64,000 nucleotides of DNA from Flavobacteriales bacterium (lineage in GTDB: Bacteria; Bacteroidota; Bacteroidia; Flavobacteriales_C; GCA-002722245): the NCBI GenBank assembly GCA_002717515.1, contig PBEC01000018.1, positions 19,818 to 83,817 of the forward strand. Direction: 5' to 3'. The notes below the pieces were generated by a model. It saw only the letters and a program-made list of their open reading frames with translations, was not told the DNA's origin and searched no databases. How positions within the stretch are numbered: position 1 is the first letter of the stretch; each line of letters opens with the position of its first letter. The position numbers and the translations under genes are program-made. This document shows positions 1 to 8,256 of the stretch, in pieces.

Positions 1-849
1 GGAGGTTTTATTTACGTTAAACCAAATGTTCAGCTGGATAAACCTATACACATAATTAATCTTGTAGATGGAGATTTGGTTGCCTCTTACCCAAGAAATT
101 TAATTATTGCAGAAAAGTGTTCTGAAGTTCAAGTTATTGTTTCCTACGAAACAATTGATTCAAACTCTGCTTTAAGTAATGTTATTAATGAAGTTGTAGT
201 CGGGGAAGGAGCTAATGTGAAATTAGATAAAATCCAAAATGAAAATTTGAATACGTTTCATGTTGGTGCTGATTTTGCCAAACAGCAAAAAAATTCAGTT
301 TTTACTATTAACACCATTCCTGCGAATGCAAAATTGATTCGAAATAATTTAAATATTATTCTAGATGGGACAAACTCAGTTGCCAATTTATATGGTGCTG
401 TTTGTTTGAATGGAAACATTCATGTCGACAATCAAACTTATGTTGACCATGCAAAACCAAATTGTGAATCCAATGAGCTTTACAAAGCTGTTTTGAATGA
501 CTCTGCAACAAATGTTTTTAATGGTAAAATATATGTGAACAAAATAGCTCAAAAAACTAATGCTTTTCAGAGTAATGCGAATATTATACTAAGTGATAAT
601 GCAAGTTCAAATGCCAAGCCGCAACTGGAAATATATGCTGATGATGTTAAGTGTAGTCACGGTTGTACAATTGGTCAATTTGATGATGAAGCCTTATTTT
701 ATTTGAGGTCCAGAGGGATGAGAGAATCCACTGCTCAAAAGGTTTTGTTGGACGCCTTTATTGGTGAGGTGCTTGACAATATCAAGACAGAGCCTGTTCG
801 TGAATATGTTGATGAGTTAATTGCTGAAAATTTTAACAGTTTAAACTAA
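1..849 (+). CDS. sufD: Fe-S cluster assembly protein SufD (5' truncated by window edge)
   Basis: Frame is open from base 1 (GGFIYVKPNVQLDKPIHIIN...). Contains the SufBD beta-helix and the C-terminal PQLEIYADDVKCSHG...LFYLRSRG motif; sits directly upstream of sufS. Confidence 0.95.
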   Translation, partial: GGFIYVKPNVQLDKPIHIINLVDGDLVASYPRNLIIAEKCSEVQVIVSYETIDSNSALSNVINEVVVGEGANVKLDKIQNENLNTFHVGADFAKQQKNSVFTINTIPANAKLIRNNLNIILDGTNSVANLYGAVCLNGNIHVDNQTYVDHAKPNCESNELYKAVLNDSATNVFNGKIYVNKIAQKTNAFQSNANIILSDNASSNAKPQLEIYADDVKCSHGCTIGQFDDEALFYLRSRGMRESTAQKVLLDAFIGEVLDNIKTEPVREYVDELIAENFNSLN

Positions 850-872
850 TAAAGAGAATATACCTTTTGAAC

Positions 873-2099
873 ATGGTGGAAAAGAAAACGGTTTTCAATT
901 TAAGAGATGACTTTCCAACCTTGAAAAGAAAGGTAAACGGGAAACCTCTTATTTATTTTGATAACGGAGCAACTAGTCAAAAGCCAAGTTCTGTCATTGA
1001 GCGAATAAATTCTTTTTATCAAAAAGAAAATTCAAATATTCATAGAGGGGTTCACACTTTAAGTCAAGAAGCTACTTCAATGTATGAGGAAGCGCGAAAT
1101 AAAATTAAAAGTTACATCAACGCCGAAAGCGAGGAAGAAATAATTTTCACAAAAGGAACCACCGAAGGAATAAATCTTGTTGCTAGTGGCTTTAGTAGAA
1201 AAATATTAAAAAAAGGTGATGAGGTATTAATTTCTGCAATGGAACATCATAGCAATATTGTTCCATGGCAATTGGCTTGCGAATTTTCAGGAGCGAAGCT
1301 TAAGGTTTGTTCAATAAACGAAGAAGGTGAACTGGATATGTCTGAGTTTGAGTCATTGCTCTCTGAAAAAACAAAATTAGTTGCAGTCACTCATGTTTCA
1401 AACACTTTAGGCACGATTAATCCAGTTAAAAAAATTGTGGAGTTATCCCATAAATTAAGTATCCCTGTGTTATTTGACGGAGCACAAAGTGTTCCGCATA
1501 TGAAGGTAGATATGAAGGATTTGGATTGTGAGTTTTATGTTTTTGGAGGACATAAAATGTTTGGTCCTACAGGAATTGGTGTTTTATATGGTAAAAAAAA
1601 GTGGCTTGAAAAATTGCCGCCATATCAGGGGGGTGGAGATATGATAAAAACGGTTACTTTTGAAAAAACAACGTATAATGATTTGCCTTACAAATTTGAA
1701 GCAGGTACGCCAAATATTTCTGCTGGTATAGGCTTGGGAACCGCTGTTGATTATTTAAGTAAACTTGATTGGAATGCTGTTCATGATCATGAAAAAGAAC
1801 TTTTAAAATATGCTACGAGTGAAATTAGTCAAATAGAAGGAATTAAAATCATAGGAACTGCTGCTGAAAAGGTTGGTGTGTTGAGTTTTATTCATAAAGA
1901 TGCTCACCATTACGATATTGGAACGATATTAGATCAACTTGGAGTGGCAATTAGAACAGGACATCATTGTACAGAACCATTAATGAAAAGGTATGAAATT
2001 TCGGGTACAGCAAGGGTTTCATTCGCTTTTTATAACACAAAAGACGAGGTAGATGTATTTATATCTGCTTTAAAAAGAGCATTAAAAATGATTTTATAA
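873..2099 (+). CDS. sufS: Cysteine desulfurase SufS
   Basis: YFDNGATSQKP, MEHHSN, HK PLP lysine, FEAGTPN and RTGHHC catalytic Cys motifs. ATG at 873 preferred over TTG at 867. Confidence 0.97.
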   Translation: MVEKKTVFNLRDDFPTLKRKVNGKPLIYFDNGATSQKPSSVIERINSFYQKENSNIHRGVHTLSQEATSMYEEARNKIKSYINAESEEEIIFTKGTTEGINLVASGFSRKILKKGDEVLISAMEHHSNIVPWQLACEFSGAKLKVCSINEEGELDMSEFESLLSEKTKLVAVTHVSNTLGTINPVKKIVELSHKLSIPVLFDGAQSVPHMKVDMKDLDCEFYVFGGHKMFGPTGIGVLYGKKKWLEKLPPYQGGGDMIKTVTFEKTTYNDLPYKFEAGTPNISAGIGLGTAVDYLSKLDWNAVHDHEKELLKYATSEISQIEGIKIIGTAAEKVGVLSFIHKDAHHYDIGTILDQLGVAIRTGHHCTEPLMKRYEISGTARVSFAFYNTKDEVDVFISALKRALKMIL

Positions 2100-2104
2100 C
2101 TACT

Positions 2105-2521
2105 ATGGGGGTTAATGAACGAGCACAAGAACTAATAGACGACTTTAATCTTTTTGAAGATTGGTCCGACAAATACGAATATATCATTTCGCTTGGTAAA
2201 GACTTGCCTGAAATGAAAAAAGAAGATAAAAAAGAAGAAAACCTTGTTAAAGGGTGTCAAAGTCAAGTTTGGTTGATTGCTGAGCAAAATGGTGGGAGAG
2301 TTTATTTTGAAGCGGATAGTGATGCAATTATTAGTAAAGGTATATGTGCTTTGTTAGTTCGAGTATTTAATGGGCAGCTGGCACATGAGATTGTAGGGAA
2401 TGATTTGAGTTTCATTGATAAAATAGGATTAAAAGAGCATTTGTCGCCAAATCGAAGTAACGGTTTGGTTGCCATGATAAAAAAAATAAAAACGTATGCC
2501 TTAGTGTATAGCAATTCTTAA
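2105..2521 (+). CDS. sufE: SufE sulfur acceptor
   Basis: VKGCQSQVW Cys motif, FEADSDA and LSPNRSNGL; adjacent to sufS. Confidence 0.95.
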   Translation: MGVNERAQELIDDFNLFEDWSDKYEYIISLGKDLPEMKKEDKKEENLVKGCQSQVWLIAEQNGGRVYFEADSDAIISKGICALLVRVFNGQLAHEIVGNDLSFIDKIGLKEHLSPNRSNGLVAMIKKIKTYALVYSNS

Positions 2522-2531
2522 TAAAAGTAGA

Positions 2532-2852
2532 ATGGATCAATCGGAAAAAAAGAATCTGGAAGAGCACATTGTGTTGGTAATCAAAACGATATATGATCCT
2601 GAAATACCTGTTGACATCTATGAGTTGGGTTTAATTTATGAAATTAAAATTGACGATGAAGCAAATGTAGAGATTGAAATGACATTGACCTCTCCCAATT
2701 GTCCTGCTGCCGAAACACTTCCTGCTGAAGTTGAAACAAAAGTCAAAGGAATGGAGTTGGTTAAAAATTGTAAGGTTGAAATTGTTTTTGAGCCAACTTG
2801 GGATCGTCATATGATGAGTGAGGAAGCTCAAATTGAATTAGGAATGATATAA
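2532..2852 (+). CDS. DUF59/SufT Fe-S assembly protein
   Basis: DPEIPVDIYELGLIY, MTLTSPNCP and PTW..MMSEEA motifs; located in the SUF operon. Confidence 0.9.
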   Translation: MDQSEKKNLEEHIVLVIKTIYDPEIPVDIYELGLIYEIKIDDEANVEIEMTLTSPNCPAAETLPAEVETKVKGMELVKNCKVEIVFEPTWDRHMMSEEAQIELGMI

Positions 2853-2865
2853 TAATGAATACAAA

Positions 2866-3360
2866 GTGATTGAAAATAAAGTTGAAAAAAGTGGGTTAAT
2901 TACAATTGATCTTGTGGATTTAATTCCTTCAGGCTCTCAGTATTTAGTCGATTTAAAAGATTTTATGCACGAAGGCATAATTCTTCGTGAAAAGGATTTT
3001 CGAACACAACTTAAAAATAAAGATTGGTCTGAATATCAAGATGGATTTGTTGCAGTTACTAATTCCTCAGAAGGGATTGTTCCTCTTTGGGCATACATGC
3101 TAATATCCTCGGCTTTACAGCCCTTTGCTTCCTTAGTGATAAGGGGAAATATAGCTCATTTAAAGGGTGCTCTGCTTCGTCGTTCTATTGAAGCTCTAAA
3201 TTCTGCCGATTACCAAAATAAAAGAGTCATTATCAAAGGATGTGGAAAAGAAACAATTCCTGAAAGTGCATACATAACTATAACACAAAAACTACAGCCT
3301 GTAGTTAAGAGCTTGATGTTTGGGGAGGCGTGTTCAACAGTTCCAGTTTTTAAGGCATAA
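2866..3360 (+). CDS. DUF2480 family protein
   Basis: IENKV.KSGLITIDL, ILREKDFR, VIIKGC and SLMFGEACSTVP match the Bacteroidota DUF2480 family as I recall it. Confidence 0.8.
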   Translation: MIENKVEKSGLITIDLVDLIPSGSQYLVDLKDFMHEGIILREKDFRTQLKNKDWSEYQDGFVAVTNSSEGIVPLWAYMLISSALQPFASLVIRGNIAHLKGALLRRSIEALNSADYQNKRVIIKGCGKETIPESAYITITQKLQPVVKSLMFGEACSTVPVFKA

Positions 3361-3403
3361 TTACTAGAATTTTTTATTTTTATCTAATAAATAAAATTCT
3401 GTT

Positions 3404-4342
3404 ATGAGAGTGCTTTTTGTTTTTTTACTGATGCCTTTTTTAGTGTTTTCCCAAACTAAAAGTGAGGTTGTAGAGTATAATAATTCTATCATATCTCCTT
3501 TTAATGAAACATCAAATGCCGTATTAAACTTTAACACATCCTTGTTACAAGGTGCTTTACCTAGTGAATTAATTCAAAAACGTGATGCTGTTTTAGAAAG
3601 CATAAACTCATTGGAGGATATTCTGTCGAAAGTAAAACCTATGGCTAATGATTTTGGGTTGTATTATGCTACCAAAGGAGGAGCTGAAACTTATAAAAAG
3701 TATTTTCAGCAAAATTATACAGATGAAAAGCTTTCCCTCATTCCCGCCTCGTCAAGAGAGAATATTGCTAAAATAAAAGATGCTCAGATGGCATCGGAGA
3801 AAATGGATACCTGGAATAAAGATTTTTTTACAAGGCAAAAAAAATTATTGAAGAGCCATCAAATTGAACTAAATATTGATACCAATATGGTAAAAAGAAT
3901 AAATGAGCATAGAGCAGCAATGGATTACTATTATGAAGTAGCTTTAAATGAGCTTAACGTACAAGCTTTCGTTGATGACTTTGTGGAAGCATTTAATTCT
4001 GAAAATAAGGAAAAAATAAAGATTGCGCAGTCTAATTTGAAAGCCCAAATTCTCATTTCCGATAAATTCATGAATACGTTTAAGCCTTATAAAAAGGATA
4101 ATTCATTGTTAAAATCATCGAATAAATTAATTGAAATGTATAAAAACCTTTCCAATGGTTTAATTGAGGATGTAATAAAATTAAATTCTTTTTCAGAAGA
4201 AATCCCGAATGAAAGGGTTGATGAATATAACGGTCTTGTCGATAAAGTAAATATAGGGGTCAAATATTTAAATACGTTACAATTCCATTTGGATGAATCT
4301 CAAATTGTAATTAATAAGTTTTTTCAAACTCATTTGTATTGA
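3404..4342 (+). CDS. Hypothetical secreted, mostly helical protein
   Basis: 312-aa ORF with an N-terminal signal peptide (MRVLFVFLLMPFLVFS-Q); no family recognised. Confidence 0.75.
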   Translation: MRVLFVFLLMPFLVFSQTKSEVVEYNNSIISPFNETSNAVLNFNTSLLQGALPSELIQKRDAVLESINSLEDILSKVKPMANDFGLYYATKGGAETYKKYFQQNYTDEKLSLIPASSRENIAKIKDAQMASEKMDTWNKDFFTRQKKLLKSHQIELNIDTNMVKRINEHRAAMDYYYEVALNELNVQAFVDDFVEAFNSENKEKIKIAQSNLKAQILISDKFMNTFKPYKKDNSLLKSSNKLIEMYKNLSNGLIEDVIKLNSFSEEIPNERVDEYNGLVDKVNIGVKYLNTLQFHLDESQIVINKFFQTHLY

Positions 4343-4491
4343 TTGACATTTTACGAAGGATAAAAAACAGTAAAATTATCTTAAAAGTATGATCTCGGAT
4401 GAAAAATCTTAGAATAAATCGTAAATTTAAAAAATAGCCCGTAGGAGTTTTAATAATTGAGTTAATTTTTGAAAAAATAAATCCAAAAAAT

Positions 4492-5337
4492 ATGAAAGAC
4501 GTTTATAAAATTTTAGTGCCTACTGATTTTACTTCAGTAGCTAAAACTGCTCTCAATCATGCAATAAAAATAGCAGGCATCATGAATGGAGAAATTGTTC
4601 TACTTCATGTTGTTGATCGCGACACAAAAAGTGAGGAGGCAAGAGTTAAGCTGGACGCAATTGCCGAAGGTGTAAGTAAAGAGCAAAACATTCCAACCGT
4701 AGGAAAGGTCGTCACAGGAAATATTTTTGAGGATATCGATAAGGTTGCCGATTACGAAGGTGCAAGATTAATTATCATGGGTACTCACGGAAGAAAAGGT
4801 ATTCAGCATATTACCGGTTCTCATGCTATGAAGGTTATTACCAGCTCAACAATACCTTTTTTAGTAGTTCAGGATAAGATTATTCCAGAGGCATACAAAA
4901 ATATCGTCTTTCCAATTGATTTTAGAGCAGAAACAAAACAAAAAATTTCTCTTACTGCAAGTATGGCAACTAAATTAGGAGCTAAGGTTCATATTTTTGC
5001 TGAATACGATGACGATAAATTTGATAAGCAAAAAATAGATAATAATGTAGCTTATACGAAGAAATTTTTTGCAAAAAACGGCATTGATTTTGTGGTTGAG
5101 AAAGCTTTTGAAAAAGGAGATTTTGTGAAGCAAATCATTCGATATTCAGCAAGTATCAACGCTGATTTCATTACGGTATTGAACTTGAATTATCGTTCGA
5201 TAAATGCTTTTCTCAAAAACTTAGAAGAAGAGTTGATTACGAATGAGGCTCAAATACCTGTTTTGATGGTGAATCCATCTACTGATTTTATTAATAAATC
5301 GCCTCTGTTTGGACAGTATCAGACCTTGTCCATGTAA
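4492..5337 (+). CDS. Universal stress protein (tandem USP domains)
   Basis: KILVPTDFT, LIIMGTHGRKG and a second NIVFPIDF domain. Confidence 0.92.
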   Translation: MKDVYKILVPTDFTSVAKTALNHAIKIAGIMNGEIVLLHVVDRDTKSEEARVKLDAIAEGVSKEQNIPTVGKVVTGNIFEDIDKVADYEGARLIIMGTHGRKGIQHITGSHAMKVITSSTIPFLVVQDKIIPEAYKNIVFPIDFRAETKQKISLTASMATKLGAKVHIFAEYDDDKFDKQKIDNNVAYTKKFFAKNGIDFVVEKAFEKGDFVKQIIRYSASINADFITVLNLNYRSINAFLKNLEEELITNEAQIPVLMVNPSTDFINKSPLFGQYQTLSM

Positions 5338-5346
5338 TAAAATATA

Positions 5347-5378
5347 AAAAAGGGCTGTCGAACGACAGCCCTTTTTTT
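5347..5378. terminator. Intrinsic terminator (bidirectional form) after the USP gene
   Basis: A6-GGGCTGTCG-AA-CGACAGCCC-T run. Confidence 0.9.
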
Positions 5379-5482
5379 ATAAAAATGAATTAAAAATTTC
5401 CCTACTTATTTCATTCCTTTTTTAAAGGATAAAAGCACAAATTGTGCTTTAGAAATTAGAAGGTTATTATAAATCCTTTTTC

Positions 5483-5490
5483 TATTTTTG
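5483..5490 (+). promoter_or_regulatory. Bacteroidota -7 promoter element (TAnnTTTG)
   Basis: TATTTTTG about 20 nt upstream of ATG 5511. Confidence 0.65.
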
Positions 5491-5510
5491 TAAACCCATA
5501 ATGTTTGTTT

Positions 5511-6344
5511 ATGAAAAATATACTTTTCTTTCTAGGCTTTTCTGTTTTTTTGATTTCTTGTGGAGGAAATAGTCAAGGAAATATTCCTCAAGAAGAAATT
5601 AATAGAGTTCTTGCAGTTTCTGATTACTCCCCAATTATTCTTGAGAGAGGAGGAATAAAGCTAATAGAATTTACAGATTTCCCACCTTTTAAAGATGTTG
5701 AGACAAAAATTGCCACACAAAATCAAACCTTTAAAATGGGGGTAAATAAAATTGAGTTTAAAAATAAATTTTTCAACCTAGGTGAAAAAACAGCTGAAGA
5801 AAAAACACATGATGCACGCCTTTATGAAGGGGGACAGTATTTGGGTATTTTAAGTCCAAAAAGACCTTTAAAAAAGGTGATTCATGGTCATTTTGACACA
5901 GAGATAGAAAAAGGAGACAACTTATTTTTTTGTTATTTAACAAGGTCGTATGATTTAAGTGTTAAAAATAAAAATGCTTCTTTTTTGTTTAAGATTAATG
6001 CAGATCCCAGTGGCTGCTTTTCAGAAACTGAATTATCTGATACAGTAGTTGCTCTCTTGCAGCCCAGAGGGAATTTTTCGTCCAATCAGTCAGGAAAAAT
6101 ATTACTTGATTTTTATTTGAAAAACGTTTCTCTCGAAGACGGTAATTATATCAGTTTAATTATTGATAAGATAGAATTTAAGTTAACCAAGTGGAAGCCT
6201 TTTTGGATTCAAGGACTGAAAGCAGGAACTCACAAAATATCAATTGATTTAAAAACTAAAGACGGTAATAGTATTAAAGGGATTATGCCTGATCAGCTGT
6301 CGACAATCATCAGAGTAAACGAAATAAAATTGTTTTCGGAGTAA
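5511..6344 (+). CDS. Hypothetical lipoprotein (conserved Bacteroidota type)
   Basis: Lipobox LISC-GG; C-terminal LLDFYL.N..L..W.PF.I.GL..G.H pattern. Confidence 0.7.
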   Translation: MKNILFFLGFSVFLISCGGNSQGNIPQEEINRVLAVSDYSPIILERGGIKLIEFTDFPPFKDVETKIATQNQTFKMGVNKIEFKNKFFNLGEKTAEEKTHDARLYEGGQYLGILSPKRPLKKVIHGHFDTEIEKGDNLFFCYLTRSYDLSVKNKNASFLFKINADPSGCFSETELSDTVVALLQPRGNFSSNQSGKILLDFYLKNVSLEDGNYISLIIDKIEFKLTKWKPFWIQGLKAGTHKISIDLKTKDGNSIKGIMPDQLSTIIRVNEIKLFSE

Positions 6345-6433
6345 ACTTGATTTTCATTATAACGCCTTATTCAGTTCAATTATTAAAGGCTTTTACTTAT
6401 TTTTATAGGAGGTAAACCTTTTCAAGATAAGAT

Positions 6434-7783
6434 ATGGGATGTTCTGGATGCAGTACGGGAAGAGGTACCAATAATTTACCTGGAGGATGTAAAAACAATG
6501 GTGGCTGTGATAGCGGAGGGTGTAATAAACTCAACGTTTTTGACTGGCTTTCAAATATGAATAATCCAAGTATGGCAGATAAGCCTGATTGGGTTGAAGT
6601 CCGATTTAAGAATGGACGAAAAGCATACTTTGACAACATAGACAAATTAACCCTAAGCGTTGGTGATGTTGTCGCTGTTGAATCCTCTCCGGGGCATGAT
6701 ATTGGTACAGTCTCTTTAATTGGAGAACTTGTAAGAATTCAAGTTCAAAAGAAATCGGTTAAAACTAACGAAATATTAAAAATATATAGAAAAGCACGTC
6801 AAGGTGATATTGATAAGTGGCAAGATGCAATGCGAATGGAAAAATCAACAATGACTCAAGCTCGTAAACATGCAATTGAGTTAGGGTTAGATATGAAGAT
6901 TTGTGATGTAGAGTATCAAGGCGACAAAACAAAAGCTACTTTTTATTATACTGCTGAGCAAAGAGTAGATTTTAGAGAGCTGATCAAGATTTATGCATCT
7001 CAATTCAAGCTTAGAATTGAAATGCGTCAAATTGGAGCTCGACAAGAAGCTTCAAAATTAGGAGGAGTTGGATCTTGCGGAAGAGAATTGTGCTGTAGTT
7101 CATGGCTTACTGATTTTCGATCGGTTACTACCAGCGCCGCAAGGTATCAACAACTTTCTTTGAACCCACAAAAGCTTGCTGGTCAGTGTGGTAAATTAAA
7201 ATGTTGTCTTAATTACGAATTGGATAGTTATCTCGATGCTGTTAAAGATTTTCCTTCTTCTAATATAAATTTAAAAACAGAGGAGGAAGAGTTTTTCCAT
7301 TTTAAGACGGATATTTTCAAAGGGATTTATTGGTATATATGTAAGCAAGATCGTTTGAAGTTTGTTTCGGTTCCCGTTAAAAGAGTAAAAGAGGTCCAGG
7401 AGTTAAATGAAAAAGGTGAATTTCCAGAACATCTTATACAAGAGAAAGAAAATCCCAAAATAGAAAAGGAAATTGATTACTTAAATGTAGTTGGTCAAGA
7501 TGATTTAACTAGATTTGACAAGTTAAATAAAAAGAAGAAAAGGCCTAAAAACAAACGAAATTTAAAAAACAAACAACCATCAAATTTTAAAATTGATAGT
7601 CAAAAAAACACATCAAAAAAAACTACATCGAACAAAAACAATAGGTTAATTAATAATTCCAATCAAAAAGATCAAGGTGAAAAGCCGAGTCGTCAAAATC
7701 CAAAAAAGAAATTTAAGAGAACGAAAGGCAAAAACCAAAACACTGATATGAAAGCCAATAAATCATCAAAAGAAGGTCAATGA
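6434..7783 (+). CDS. ricT: PSP1-domain protein RicT/YaaT
   Basis: EVRFKNGRK, KATFYYTAEQRVDFRELIK, GSCGRELCC and KLAGQCGKLKCCL motifs; Cys-rich N-terminus and basic low-complexity tail. Confidence 0.92.
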   Translation: MGCSGCSTGRGTNNLPGGCKNNGGCDSGGCNKLNVFDWLSNMNNPSMADKPDWVEVRFKNGRKAYFDNIDKLTLSVGDVVAVESSPGHDIGTVSLIGELVRIQVQKKSVKTNEILKIYRKARQGDIDKWQDAMRMEKSTMTQARKHAIELGLDMKICDVEYQGDKTKATFYYTAEQRVDFRELIKIYASQFKLRIEMRQIGARQEASKLGGVGSCGRELCCSSWLTDFRSVTTSAARYQQLSLNPQKLAGQCGKLKCCLNYELDSYLDAVKDFPSSNINLKTEEEEFFHFKTDIFKGIYWYICKQDRLKFVSVPVKRVKEVQELNEKGEFPEHLIQEKENPKIEKEIDYLNVVGQDDLTRFDKLNKKKKRPKNKRNLKNKQPSNFKIDSQKNTSKKTTSNKNNRLINNSNQKDQGEKPSRQNPKKKFKRTKGKNQNTDMKANKSSKEGQ

Positions 7784-8256
7784 GAAGTTTTTTTTTAACG
7801 ATATTTTCTGTTTTACTTTTGTCAAGTTGTGATAATAACTATGTTTATGGAGAGGACAAGGATATTCCAATTGATGGTTGGCAAAAGGACTCTACCCTAA
7901 TTTTTGAAACAGATTCTCTTACTGAATTACCCTCTATAATAAAGATAGGAGTCAATATTAGAAACACTACTGATTATCTTTACAGAAATTTATACTTGTT
8001 TTTGGAAATCGAAATTCCAGGGCGAACAATTCCAATTAGAGATACAATAAATCATGATTTTATGACTCCTGATGGATATTGGAAGGATGGAGTTGAAGGA
8101 GCAACTATAAAAGAGTCAACCGTATATTATCCTTATGCAATTCAAAATCCAGAGAAAGGTATATATAAAATAAAGGTCCAACAGGCTATGCGTGATGAAT
8201 TATTACGGGATATTGTTTCTATTGGGGTAAGAATAGAAAAACTGGATAGAGAATGA
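7780..8256 (+). CDS. gldH: Gliding motility lipoprotein GldH
   Basis: Lipobox LSSC, GWQKD, IRNTTDY.YRNLYLF and QQAMR; ricT-gldH-PBP1A order typical of Bacteroidota. Confidence 0.9.
   Translation: MRSFFLTIFSVLLLSSCDNNYVYGEDKDIPIDGWQKDSTLIFETDSLTELPSIIKIGVNIRNTTDYLYRNLYLFLEIEIPGRTIPIRDTINHDFMTPDGYWKDGVEGATIKESTVYYPYAIQNPEKGIYKIKVQQAMRDELLRDIVSIGVRIEKLDRE

Noticed and set aside
6407-6413. AGGAGGT Shine-Dalgarno-like sequence before ricT
   Set aside because: It is 20 nt from the ATG, which is too far, and Bacteroidota generally do not use SD pairing.
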